Of a stretch of 64,000 bases of DNA, positions 26,901-39,339 are shown in pieces. The notes beneath the pieces were generated by a model, which did no database searches, was not told the DNA's origin, and saw only the letters and a list, made by a program, of their open reading frames with translations. Made by a program: the position numbers and the translations under genes. The stretch is from Stegostoma tigrinum. Taxonomy: Eukaryota. Location: assembly GCF_030684315.1 (NCBI RefSeq), contig NC_081362.1, forward strand, positions 22,704,571-22,768,570, written 5' to 3'. Every line of letters begins with the position of its first letter. Within the stretch, counting starts at the first letter, position 1.

Positions 26901-27210
26901 GCAGAAATTTCCCAATGACCCTTGGACTGCACCTTCTAAACCCATGACCTGTTGCACCCAGAAAGACAAGGGAATAACACCACCTGCATGTTCCTCTCCC
27001 AAGTCATTTAGCAAACTGACTTGGAAATAAATCACAGCTCCTTATTTTGGAATTCTCTGTCTAATGGCATTGAGGGTCTGTTTGCAACACATGGACTGCA
27101 GATGTTGTTTGAGAAGTAAGCGCATCACCATCTTAAAGGCAACTAGAGATAGACAATAAATACTGGCTCGGCCAGAGCACCCATATCCTATGAGTGAAAT
27201 AAAAAAAGTC
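23945..27210 (+). mobile_element. Near-full-length decayed CR1/L2-group LINE with tRNA-like 5' head (APE plus RT); HE1 SINE nested at ~26263-26535
   Basis: PKLGQLS..KHQPDIV (APE start), KQDKSNSANY, DLKIIFDQVW, LQGSVLGP; 3' aataaatactggc tail. Confidence 0.82.
26263..26535 (+). mobile_element. HE1 SINE, 5'-clipped, nested in LINE
   Basis: gcctcactgcgccagggacctggattcaattcc...gagtttgcacat body. Confidence 0.8.
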
Positions 27211-28304
27211 CCCAAAACAGCAATGTAGAAATACCTAGATGACACACTTTTTTTAGTTATGAGCCAAAGGATACGTGTTGGCTAGATTCTGAATTGAACT
27301 TCCTGTTATTTGCTTTGAATTTGTAACATTCACCTGCAACCAGAGTGACATTTAGCATTTTGTTTGAAAGATGAAAATTCTGTGGTGTTGTTCTGCAGCA
27401 ATTCTGCAAGTCTGTTTCCTCAGTGTTTCACTGAAAGGTCTGTATTTTGGGCTCCAGTCTCGGTGGGATTTGGACCCGTATTGTGTTAAGAATTTATTCC
27501 TGTCATCGGGTTTGCAATAATGCCTTGTTTGCATTTAGGCACGTAACCTTATCAATGAAGCATTAAATTTGAGTATTTCCTCCAACAGCTTGCATTTTAG
27601 AATGTAACTTGCAGGGTTTGAAGGATTATCATTTGCACAAATAGTGTGTTGAATGGATGCAGGTTGTAATTATCTTGTAATTTTATTTTAATGGGATGTG
27701 ACTATTTCTAGAAGTGTGAACATTTACCCATTCCTTAAAAGCCTTTGAAAAGGTGGTAGTGCAAAGTCATCTTGAACCACTGCATATCTGGTGTTGGAAC
27801 ACCCACGGTGATGTTAGGAAGGGAAGGGAGTGGTGAAGGAATGGTAATGTATATTTCCATGTCAGGATGGTTTGTGATTTTTGTGGGGAATTTGTAAGCG
27901 ATGGTGTTATGTCATCATCTGTACTTTTGCACACATGTTTTATGATGTAATCTCAGTTTCTCTGTTTGCAATTCAATTTACTAAAAGTCATGAGTTTGGA
28001 AGGTGCTGTCAAAGAAAGCTTAGCTCAGATAATTGTAAACTTTATACTGCTTTTACTGTTCATTTTGTGTGCGCTGTATTAGTTCACAAGGCTGTTTTTG
28101 TTCTCAACATTAAATTATATAATTTTAAACAACAGGAAAAAAATAATCTCTCAATTGAATGGGGAAAGAATGCTTCAGTGCAACATTTCATGAAAGATAT
28201 TTTAATTGCAGCAATGTTGCTGAATGCGTTTAAGTCTTCGAACACTTTTTTTCTTTCCTGTTTTATTTCATTCAATAAGTGATTCTTTTCTTGAATCATT
28301 TCAG

Positions 28305-28372
28305 GGCCAATTGGATCTACTAAGAGGTACTTCAGGTCTCCTATATCGCATAAAGGATACCCAGACTGCAAG
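28305..28372 (+). CDS. POLR3F: POLR3F exon 3 (GQLDLLRGTSGLLYRIKDTQTA)
   Basis: tcag acceptor and gtgagc donor, 68 nt. Confidence 0.96.
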
Positions 28373-29318
28373 GTGAGCAACCTGGAGTGACCTGTTTTCT
28401 TGCTGTGAGCTGAGAATATTAACTTTGCAGCAGTCTGAATTTTTGGATTGTGGAAAGTACACAGGAACAAGGGGAGCTGCTTCTGTCATTCAGTTCGATC
28501 TTGGCTGATGTACACTTTTGACTGAATTTTTCTAACTTAACTCCACTTGTGGCTTTACACAGGTGTGTTAGGGATTTTGGGGGTTAAAAGACTAGACCAG
28601 TACTTTGTTTTGTTTTCTTTGACACACATCACTGGTTCAAGGTTTTGAAGTGTTGTCAAAGTGGGACTGATGTCAGGAAGCATTTCTTTGCCTTGAGATT
28701 TATGAAAGGCTGGACTGGGTTACTGGGGATTGTGATTAGGGCCGATGGCTGACACCATGTAACAAGTGGCTAGTAACTGTAGTGGGTAGATGGCAGAGGA
28801 ATTTGAGGAACAATGGAATCAAATGCTATCTGCATTTTGAAAGTTCTGTTTTTCCAGTATTCTGCTTTCTGGGCACATTCCCTTGTCGTCTTTTCCTATC
28901 GTCGCCCTCGTCCATCATCTCACTTTTCATTTCGGGGTGGGGTTGAGAGATGGCTGACTTTGGAGCATATTGGCCCAGTTACCACTTGAAACTGCAATAG
29001 TATTTGAGGGAATAGATCATTCATGATAAAGATGGGTAAACTGAGTTTAGATTCAAATTGACTATGACCTAATTGAATTACAGACCGACGTGAGGCGCTG
29101 AATGGCCTACTCCTGTTCTTTTGTGTTCCCTTTGACTTCCTGGGAGTGACTGCAGGCTCTGACCCAATTTAGCATTACATGAAGTTCTGTTCCAGTTTTG
29201 TGCCAAGTATTTTTGTTTTGCCCCACAAAGCCCGAAACACTCAAACTGAAATTGGATTCTTCAATCTTGTGTCTTCTGTGGGAATGGAGTTGTTTTTGAC
29301 TCAGATGATCCAACTCCA

Positions 29319-29890
29319 CCCGAAGGTTGCAGGAACAGCAACTCATATTCCGCCTGGGAACCCTGCAGCCATATGGTATCAATGTGGACTTCACCAGTTT
29401 CAAAATCTCCCCTTCCCCCACTGCATCCCTAAACCAGCCCAGTTCATCCCCTCCCCCCACTGCACCACACAACCAGCCCAGCTCTTCCCCCCCCACCCAC
29501 TACATCCCAAAACCAGTCCAACCTGTCTCTGCCTCCCTAACCGGTTCTTCCTCTCACCCATCCCTTCCTCCCACCCCAAGCCGCACCCCCATCTACCTAC
29601 TAACCTCATCCCACCTCCTTGACCTGTCCGTCTTCCCTGGACTGACCTATCCCCTCGCTACCTCCCCACCTACACCCTCTCCACCTATCTTCTTTACTCT
29701 CCATCTTCGGTCCGCCTCCCCCTCTCTCCCTATTTATTCCAGTTCCCTCCCCCCATCCCCCTCTCTGATGAAGGGTCTAGGCCCGAAACGTCAGCTTTTG
29801 TGCTCCTGAGATGCTGCTTGGCCTGCTGTGTTCATCCAGCCTCACATTTTATTATCTTGGAATCTCCAGCATCTGCAGTTCCCATTATCT
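29319..29890 (+). mobile_element. Penelope 3' fragment with intact hammerhead core and 10-bp TSD
   Basis: QEQQLIFRLGTLQPYGINVDF; CTGATGA-AGGGTCTAGGCCC-GAAACGTC 29765-29792; TSD tccaactcca at 29309-29318 and 29890-29899. Confidence 0.9.
29765..29792 (+). ncRNA. Minimal type I hammerhead ribozyme core (Penelope-associated)
   Basis: CUGAUGA, stem II GGG/CCC, GAAA, loopless palindromic ACGU stem III, GUC cleavage triplet. Confidence 0.7.
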
Positions 29891-30959
29891 CCAACTCCAT
29901 TGTTAACTCTTTTTTTTTTCCTCCCATCACTGGCCCTTTTTGCTCCTCTCTTCGTTTCATCAATAGTACATTTGAGTTAGGCTTCTTTCAACGTTCTGCT
30001 ACTGATCCTTTTCACACTGTGCCGTTCTTCACCCTCCATCTGATCTCATCCTTCTTGTTGTATTCACACCAGGAATTGTCACAACATCTCCTGCACTTTA
30101 AGCTCTCAGTTTCAGGGATTTCAAAACCTTTTGCTGTTCTTTGCTTTACTGCTCTGTTTACAAACCGGCATAAAGTTTTCGGTTTTTGTTACTTATTTCC
30201 AGCACCTGCAGTTCTTTCACTTCTTTAGATTTGAAAGGACAGGTTCCAAACTCTTTGAATCTTGAAATAAGTGAAATTTATAGACTTCGGAGGCATGTGA
30301 CAGAAAGACACTTGAGTGACTTGCTTTTGCTAAAAGTGCTACAATTGCACATTTTGGGCAAGGCTATTTGTATTTTATTTGAACTTGCAGAGAGCATTTA
30401 TCAGTGGTAAAATTTGCACGTTGTCTCCTTTTCCATTAGTTTAATTTTAAAGCAGTGGTGAAACCAGTAAATGGTAAAATTTTAAGATTACTCTTATCAC
30501 AGAGATGGAGTAGTCTTGAACATGGCCCACAGTTTAAAAATAAAAGGGTATCCCATTTTAGATGGAGATGAGGAGTAATTTCTTCTCTGAAAGGCTGGGT
30601 TGTTGGATATGTTTCACAGCTGTACAAGATTTTTGATTAATATGGAAATCATGGTTCAGGGAAATAAAGCTGGGGCTCCCAACAGATCACCTGCTGTTTT
30701 ATTGACACTTGAGGTAGGCTTGAGGGGCTGATTAGCTTATTCATGCTCCTAATCAGTATGATCTTGTGTAATGGATTCCCAAATTGTGAAATGAAGAAGA
30801 AGATTTAATAAGGTTTGGAACTTGAAGTTTTGGTGGAGAAATGTTTAAGATCTTTCAGGGAAGATGGGCAAAGTGGTTTTTCCTAGCTGTAAAATAGCAT
30901 TGTGGAGTCTTTAGCATCTCCCATAACCATTGAAACAGGCAATCATGACCCCACCAGGG

Positions 30960-32090
30960 TGTATTCTCAAACAGAAATGAAAAGGTGCAGGTACATAATT
31001 ATATGAAAATTTGCTTCACAATGGTGGTTAAGAAGGTATCTAATGTTCTTGTCTTCGTGACACAGACCATTGAGTGTAGGAATTGGGACATCATGTTGAC
31101 GTTGTGCAGGATATCAGTGAGGCCGCATTTGGAGTACTGTGTATAGTCTAGTTGCCTGCTGTCGGAAGGATATTATTAAAGAGAACATTTAGAAAAGATT
31201 TATTAGGATGTTGCAGGGAATGGAGGGTTTGGACAGACTGGGAGTTTTTTCCACTAGAATGTAGGAGGTTCAAGGGTGACCTTAATAGAAGTTCATAAAA
31301 TCATGAGGAGCATAGATCAGATGTATAGCAAAGGCCTATTTCCAAGGATAGGTGACCTTGAAACTAGAGGGCGCAATTTTAATCAGAAATAATGGGAACT
31401 GCAGATGCTGGAGAATCCAAGGTAACAAAGTGTGAAGCTGGATGAACACAGCAGGCCAAGCAGCATTTTAGGAGCACAAAAACTGACGTTTCGGGCCTAC
31501 ACCCTCGCCCTGAGACGCAATTTTCTTTTCTCAGCAACGTGATTCATATTTTTTTTTAATTCATTCGTGGGATGTGGGCATCTCTAGCTGGACCAGCATT
31601 TATTGCCCAGAGGGCAGTTCAGAGTCAACCACGTTGAGAGTCTGGAGTTGCATGTAGGCCAGACCAGGTAAGGATGGCAGATTTCCTTCCCTAAAGGGTA
31701 TTAGTGAACCGGATGGACTTTTCTGGATAATCTGCAATAATTTCATGGTCATCATTAGCCTCTTAATTACAGATTATTGTTGAATTCAAATTCCACCATC
31801 ATGTCATGGATGTGATTCGAACCCAGAACGTTATCTGGGTTAATAGTCTAGCGATAATAATGCTAGGCCATCACCTACACAGAGACAACCTTTATGTGGA
31901 ATGAACTGCCAGAGAAAGTGATTGATATGGGTACAGTTACAACATTTAAGACTTTGGACAAGTATGTGAATAGGAAAAGTTATAGAGGATGTGAGCCAAT
32001 CACACACAAGTGGGTCTAGTTTGGGAAATTTGGTCAGCATGGGTGAGGTGGACTGGAGGACCTGTTTCCATCCTGTTTGACTATTTGCTA
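30960..32090 (+). mobile_element. CR1 3' fragment interrupted by a Penelope tail (31385-31505, minus) and a tRNA-headed SINE (31550-31875, minus)
   Basis: CR1 motifs (gaggccgcatttggagtactgtgt ... tggaatgaactgccagag) resume after the inserts. Confidence 0.8.
31550..31875 (-). mobile_element. tRNA-headed SINE sharing 5' head and 3' tail with the LINE at 23945-27210
   Basis: Reverse complement: ggtgatggcctag...gggttcgaatc...ggttcactaat...agggaaggaaatctgcc...aataaatgctgg...cccacgaatgaattaaaa. Confidence 0.75.
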
Positions 32091-32336
32091 CTTTTTCATT
32101 TATGGACTTCTATCTTGTTCTTTTTAAGCCTGATGCCATACGTTTTGGATTATTACCAGGCTTGAGATTTTTTATTTATACAATTGATAGCGCAAACCAA
32201 ACCCCTTCTATGGTATGGAATATTAATACCCACCAATAATTCTCCCTTTGAGAGAATCTTTAACCCCAAGTTTGGAATTGTTGCAGTTTTTAGTGTACCT
32301 TTAAATTTAATGTGTGGGGCTTTTATTTTTAAACAG

Positions 32337-32404
32337 CAAAATGAAAGGTTCTGACAATCAAGAAAAATTAGTTTATCAAATCATCGAAGATGCTGGAAAT
32401 AAAG
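32337..32404 (+). CDS. POLR3F: POLR3F exon 4 (KMKGSDNQEKLVYQIIEDAGNK)
   Basis: acag acceptor and gtacag donor, 68 nt; matches RPC6 winged-helix region. Confidence 0.97.
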
Positions 32405-33441
32405 GTACAGTAGCTAAAATCCTCCAAATTTAATTCACAAGCAGCTTATAATTCTTTCTTGAAATTGCGTTCTTGATGTCTTCCACCATACCCTGAACTC
32501 TTTACCCAACTCCCATTCCCACCACCACCACCAACCAATCCCTGCATACAAATGACCCTGTGATCCAACTCAAGAGTACTGGTCTGAATAGTTTTTATGT
32601 AAATGTACGTTTCTACTCTTTATGTTCCACCTTTAGAACTGCTCAGTTAGAATGATGGGAGCACGTTGTAGAGCATGTCATGGGTTTCAGAGACACTTTG
32701 ACATGGCTTAAATGGAAATTAAGCTGTGATTTCCCCTGTCTTTTGTGGTTTTGGAAGGAATTAGTGTTATGGGATGGGACGAGAAACCCAACTCTCTCAA
32801 TGTTGTTACTCTATTCTCTAGAGAAGAGCATTTTGCTGCTCTAAGTGTAATTGTCTTATTTGTTCTAGTTTAGCTTTTAATGTGAAAAGAGAATTTCATT
32901 TCTACAGTGCCTTTCATATCCCCAGGATGTCCGAGATCACATTGCAGCGAATTAACTTCTTTGAAACGTCATAGTCAGTGACTAATACAAACACCTCTAA
33001 GTCCCTTATACTGCAATGTAAAAATGACCGATCAATTTTTTTTTATCAATGTTGTTGCATGAGGAATAAATATTGAAGATCTCCTTTGCTCGTCTTCAAA
33101 GTAGTGCCATTGAATTCACTTAGTCAGCTGAGAGGATCCGAAAGACGCACCTCTAACACACCCTCCACTACATTGTAATATCAGCCTAAGTTATGTAATT
33201 GGACTACTGAGTGGGACTCTTGCTACTAAGTCAGAAGTTTGTGTCTGAGTGTTATTTGCTGAGTCCCAGCTGATTCTCTGAAGTTTTATTAATACTTGTG
33301 ATCTAATAAAATTATCGATTAATTTCTGTACAGCATTTAAAATAGTAGAACTGGAAAGTCTGAATTTTAGTTCCTTTGACTGCGTTAGTGCACCTTTAAA
33401 TTTTAAATTGAGTTGCAGTGATCTGAATTGATTTTTAATAG

Positions 33442-33554
33442 GTATATGGAGCAGAGATATTCGATACAAGAGTAACCTTCCATTGACTGAAATCAACAAA
33501 ATCCTAAAGAACATGGAGAGCAAAAAACTAATTAAAGCTGTCAAATCTGTAGCT
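33442..33554 (+). CDS. POLR3F: POLR3F exon 5 (IWSRDIRYKSNLPLTEINKILKNMESKKLIKAVKSVA)
   Basis: atag acceptor and gtgagt donor, 113 nt. Confidence 0.97.
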
Positions 33555-35385
33555 GTGAGTAAATTAGCAGTTTCCTTGTTGCATTGGGTTTGGATATATG
33601 AACGTTCTTTACCTTGTCGTGCTGCATCAAGATATAAATCCTTAAATAGCATCATTCACAAACTCAGCAACTCAAAGCACTTTACACCAATTAAATCCTT
33701 TTGAAATGTTGTAATGTGGGAAGTGTAGCTATCTATTTATGCAGAGCAAGCTCCTACAATTAGCAGAGTGTTATAACCAGAACATCTGTATTATCTGAGG
33801 AACAAATGTTGACCTGGATACTGACTTTAAAATCTCATGTTCTTTGAAACTGTCATGGTATATTTTATGCACACCTAAGTGGGAATATAGAGGCACCATT
33901 AAATATCTTGTCAAAAAGGCAGCACTTCTTGGCAGTTGAGTAGCCCCTCAGAACTGTGTTAGAGTTTTTGTGTAGAGATGATAGGCTCAAGTCTTGAGAA
34001 TGTGTTTTGAAATGTGACCTTCTGACTCTGAGTGGTACTTGCTGACCTAAGGATGATGGAGCTTTTCAGCTTACAGTGGGCGTGTCCCACTTCAGAATCA
34101 GTGGATTTGACATGGAGGAGCTGAAATGCAATTAAGTTTCCAGCAGTACTTACAAGGGGAATCAAAACTGAGTAGGTTCAAATGTGTTTGCAGCATTAAA
34201 ACAGCTACATCATCCTATGCCACCTTTTTATTGGAAGGGCTATCGAATACACTTTCCAGTCCCCTGTTTGTTCCGTTAATGCTCAACTATGTTCCTGTCA
34301 AATATTTATTTATTCCAGCTTCCCTCTTGAAAGTTACTTAAAAGTATTTCTCTGACTGTTGAGTTGAAGAAGAAAGTGGAGCGGAAACTACTTTCAACAC
34401 TTTAAAAATGTACTTGTGAAATCGACTTCTTTATCAAACTTTTCTGATCTATTACGCTTTGTCTATTCAATGTTGAGATATTTGTCTGTCCTATGGATAA
34501 TTTTCTGTTTGCCTCTATATGGAATGTGACCCTACCTCCCCTGAACGAGTGCCAGGTACCTTTTTTAAGTCAAGGTCATGTGGTCTACTGGACAGATTTT
34601 GATTGCCTGAGTGGGAATATGGAGGAAAACACTTGCAGTATGTTTTTTCTTCCCCTTTTTCCCATCCCCTTTATTAACCTTGGATTTTTTTTTTTGGTTT
34701 GTTACCTCTCCAAGAAAATGACAAGTGTTTGGTCAGCTGCCACAAATCTGTGGAGGCTAACTGGACCAACTAGTCTCTTCCAGCCTGTCATTTCCTTGTA
34801 TTTTACATTCTGACTGTTTGTTTGTTTGTTACCTAATTCCTAGTGCTTTGTGTTTTGGTTTTATTTCAGATTTTCAGCATTGCTGCTCTTACAATTTCCC
34901 GGACAAACTTTGTTTTCTATCTTTTGCTGTACAGAGACTTTCCAATTTGAGTCTCTGTCCCAGATGGTCTAGGTGCTCTAACCTGCCCATGGTACAGTTT
35001 TGTCTGGCAGCATTGCAATATCCTGATTTCAGCAAATAATGTCAAAGGCTAAAGATTTTCCCAATTATGCATTACTTTACTAAAGCAATTAGCAACAACA
35101 GAAAAGATTGGTTTAGCAATAGAGAGATTGAGCTGAAACTCTGCATTGCAAGTTGGTAGACAGATTAACACGTGGGGTGGCACTGAATGAATGACCATAA
35201 AGCCTGTTGGATGATTGTAAAATCCCTACTGGTATGTAATGTCCTTCTGCATCATGTCCCTGCCTGGTCTGTGTTCTGAGCTATGGTTAACTCTTGATGC
35301 TCTCTCATCAACTAGCATGATGACAATTGCCTTTGCAGTGTTTTCCACAAGAAACAAGAATGATTATTATCTTCTGTCCTTCCAG

Positions 35386-35529
35386 GCTTCAAAGAAAAAA
35401 GTATACATGTTATATAATCTGCAGCCAGATCGATCGGTGACCGGTGGAGCATGGTACAGTGACCAGGATTTTGAGTCAGAGTTTGTAGAAGTGTTGAATC
35501 AGCAGTGCTTCAAATTCTTACAGAATAAG
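35386..35529 (+). CDS. POLR3F: POLR3F exon 6 (ASKKKVYMLYNLQPDRSVTGGAWYSDQDFESEFVEVLNQQCFKFLQNK)
   Basis: ccag acceptor and gtatat donor, 144 nt. Confidence 0.97.
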
Positions 35530-35627
35530 GTATATGCTACAAAAGTTGCTTTCTCATTCTGTCACTCTCAGTACTTGTGCAGGATCAGGAAAATGTAATA
35601 TGTAATTCAGTAGATGTTGCAACAACA

Positions 35628-35901
35628 ATGGCAGGGTGGCATGGTGTTTGCACTACAGCCTCGCACCGCCAGGGACCCGGGTTCGATTCCAGCCTCTGGC
35701 GACTGTCTGTGTGGAGTTTGCACATTCTTCCTGTGCCTGCGTGGGTTTCCTCCCACAGATGTGCAGGCCAAAAATTGCCTGTAGTGTTCAGGGGTGTTTA
35801 GGGTTTAGGTTTTAGGTGAATGGGTCTGGGTGGGATGCTGCAAGGGGCGTTGTGGATTTGTTGGGCTGAAGGGCCTGTTTCCACACTGTAGAGAATCTAA
35901 T
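35628..35901 (+). mobile_element. HE1 SINE
   Basis: ccagggacccgggttcgattccagcc; gggcctgtttccacactgta tail. Confidence 0.88.
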
Positions 35902-36559
35902 GAGAGATCATGCTTATGACTTGTACATATATCTAGTGTAGAAAATTTTGGAAGGTTACTCTATTGCTACAAACAAATTGGCCTGATAATGATTTGGCTT
36001 CATCAGGTTTTTTAAAAAAAGTGTAGAACAAGACAGCACAGGGACAGGCCCTTCAGCCCACTGTGTTTGTGCTTAATATGGAGTTTGCAAATGCCTTTAT
36101 TGCTTTTTTTTTAATCAGTCAATATCAAGCCTAATTTCTCCTGCACTGTAGTCATTCTCCTGTTTTTATTGTTTCTGTCAATTATACAAATTCCTCCAGT
36201 CTTTCCAAGCTCTCTAATATCTACAAGTCATGATCAGTTTTTTACAGTACATTGTACTTTGTGAATTAGTACATTTGCCATGAAGGGAATGACAGGTATT
36301 TGCCACTCAATATCATTACAATACTGGTGCTAACCTGCAAAGTACCGCTCGATATGATTTGTATAGTGTGAGTTAGGATGTGACCTTCTGGTCTATTGTG
36401 CCTGTTTTCCTCTGTTATATTACCTTGTGCATTGTTTTGCAAGTGGTAGCGTGCTAGAAATCAAACTCTGCTATCCTTGGTGTCATTACAAAAGTTAGAT
36501 GTTTTTAGAAAGTACACAGAATTCTCCTGTTTACTTGTCTTCAGACTTAGGTTGATAGA

Positions 36560-37300
36560 AAGTACTGACTAGGTTTCTGTATGTAACCAGAAAGGATATT
36601 TATTTGTAATAAATAGTTAAACTCCACATAAACACTAATGAGCCATTGACATAAAACTCTACCAGTTAAAACTCAAGTTCCCTTACAAGCTTCCTGTACA
36701 CACACCTACAGAGACAGATGGGGAAAAAAGAAATGTGTGTTACGGATGTTATCGAAAAGGAAGTTTTACGGTCCCTGTCCACAGAGTCTTCTGAGATGAC
36801 TCTTATGCTGATCAGGGCACTGCTTTCTGATCTTCCTTCAGATGCTGTCACTAACCTGCAGCTGGGCAAGGTGATTGATTTACACTTATAGGGATCTTTA
36901 ACTTATCAGTTAAAAGCTACAGCTTACAGCAACTGGAAAGATGAAATGAACTCGCTATTTTCGAGCCTAAGATGCTTTTTTACGCAAAGCAAAAACAGTT
37001 CCTTTTCTTCCAGAGGTTTGATAGTTTGTGACAAAACATTTATATCGTCTAGGTGTTCAGCTATCTAAGAGCCAAATTCACAGTTTTTGGCGTGCAAAAG
37101 CCTTTGCCATCAGTCACTGGTCACCAAGTCCACAGACCATCAGCTACTTGTTGCCAGCCAAAGCTCAACTTGTACATAGCCTTTGGCTTCAGCTCACCTA
37201 CAAACCAGACTTCTGCTACTGCTTAAACAAGTAGTTGTGTAAACAATACTTACAATGAGTGTCAGGTTAATTACATTTTAAATTCCAGGAATCCTTCAAC
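36560..37300. mobile_element. Possible solo LTR
   Basis: Non-coding block unlike neighbouring LINE/SINE sequence, tgtaac start and minus-strand AATAAA; boundaries and TSD not established. Confidence 0.3.
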
Positions 37301-37898
37301 AATCTTTGATTATTCTTTTTCCCATTTTAGTCTATAGTCAAAAGTATAGATAAATATAAAGAAAGGTCTTTACATGTGTCATATACACTAGTCAAATCTC
37401 TCCAAAAGCCATCTGATACAATAAACACTCATCGAATAAAGTCAATGATGGAGAGTTGAGAGTGAAGCTGAAACATTCTTGTGATCAAAACAAATCCACG
37501 AAAAGGTTCTGGTCCTGATAACACTATGTAAAGCTCACCTGTTATATGATTTGAACTCTGTCCTTGTCAAATGCAGGCAGGCTGTGGCTTTGAGAAACGG
37601 TTATCTATTATGAGCAAGCAGCACGTTACTGCAATTCAACTATTCTCTATGATTAGAAAATCATGATATCTAACAGCTTTCATTCAAGTTTTTCAGTCTA
37701 ACTTCCTTAATGTTACATTGCATATTTTTACAAGTGTTTGGTATTTAATGTAAACTTATTCATACTTGGATAGCAATGGTATAACTGCAGAGAATGCTGT
37801 ACACTTCACTGTAGCAAATCGAAATTTGAATCATTGATACTAATCGTGTTTTATGCAATTTCCATGTAATAATGAAAACAACCATATGTTCCCTACAG

Positions 37899-38006
37899 GG
37901 AGAAGTGGCTCGTGAGAGTAAACAGAGTCCAATGGTACAAAGGAACAGTTCATTTGCTTCATCCCATGAAGTGTGGAAATACATCTGTGAATTGGGTATC
38001 AGCAAG
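37899..38006 (+). CDS. POLR3F: POLR3F exon 7 (GEVARESKQSPMVQRNSSFASSHEVWKYICELGISK)
   Basis: acag acceptor and gtatag donor, 108 nt. Confidence 0.97.
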
Positions 38007-39339
38007 GTATAGAACTCGCGAGTTGAATTTTTGAGTTGTCACAGAAAATATTGCCCTAGTCAGTTACAAGATAACTGACTGTCAAGGTTAACCAGGTCAG
38101 AGAGTTATAGATTCTTGGAGATGTACACCATGGAAACAGACCCTTTGGTCCAACTTGTCCATGCCAATGAGATACCCTAAATTAGTCTAGTCCCATTTGC
38201 CAGCATTTGGTCCATTATCCCTCTAAACCCTTCCTATTCATATGCCCATGCAGATGCCTTTTAAATGTTGTAATTGTACTAATCTCCACCACTTGTTTCC
38301 CTTGGTTCCATTTAACCATGTAGTGCTGATGATCTTCTACAGGGGGACTAAATGACCTCCATTTTGGTTTACTATTATAACCGCATTATTCTTTATTGAG
38401 ATATCAAAGGATAATATTGTCATTCTTTATCTTGAAGTTTGAGAACCACAAAGCACGGAAATCTCTCTTGATTAACTCCAAGTTAATGAGATAAAATACA
38501 ATTCTTCAGATTCCAGTGCATCAGTGATGTGGATTCCTTGTGAAATGATTTGGTACCTATATCACTCATCACTGTGTTGAGTAACATGTACCTGAGCTTT
38601 CAACACCATAATAACTTTGTTAAACTCTAATTAGCCCTGAAAGAGGTAATTCTGTATTTGCTGTATGCAGAGTGTCTCCTTAATAATTTCTGTATCTTTT
38701 ACAGAATGTTGTTTCAACTTTTACCCTAAACCAATTGTCTAATTTGTTATCCAAAAATTTAGATTAAAAGTGAGATTTAAGTGTTTTCAAGCATCCTGAT
38801 TTGCAGTGTCTGAATGCGTCAGTGTAAATAATTAGTTAACTGACATCACTGCTGTTGCACACCAAATCATCCCCACTAACATTATGTAAACTGCCATTGA
38901 GAAGTAGGACATCATACCACACGATTGCTATATTGTCGTGCACAGTGTACTCTAAGGTAATTTGAAGAACACTATTGCTCTCTCATTGACTGTAAAATAT
39001 TGGCAATTTTGAGGGTTAAATATTAGCCAAGTCCTAGGGAGAACTCCCTGCTGTCCTTTCAAATGATTTATGGGATCTTTCACATCTACATGTGAAGGCA
39101 GACATGACCTTGGATTAAGATATCATCACAGTTTCTGTGAACAAGCCCTTGAATAACTGCTTTCACACATCTACTAAACTTTCAATGTGATGGAAACATG
39201 GATTGCTGCACCAACTGTCCCTATTCTTATCATGTATATAACTGCTGTGAACGTTGCAAAATAATAGAACAATGTAGATCTACTGATGGAACAAAGTCAG
39301 CTCCTCAAAAACACTTAGTATGGAACTGACTGTTTGTTT

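Noticed and set aside
27881-28489. 133-aa and 128-aa ORFs around POLR3F exon 3
   Set aside because: No recognisable homology; chance intronic or antisense frames
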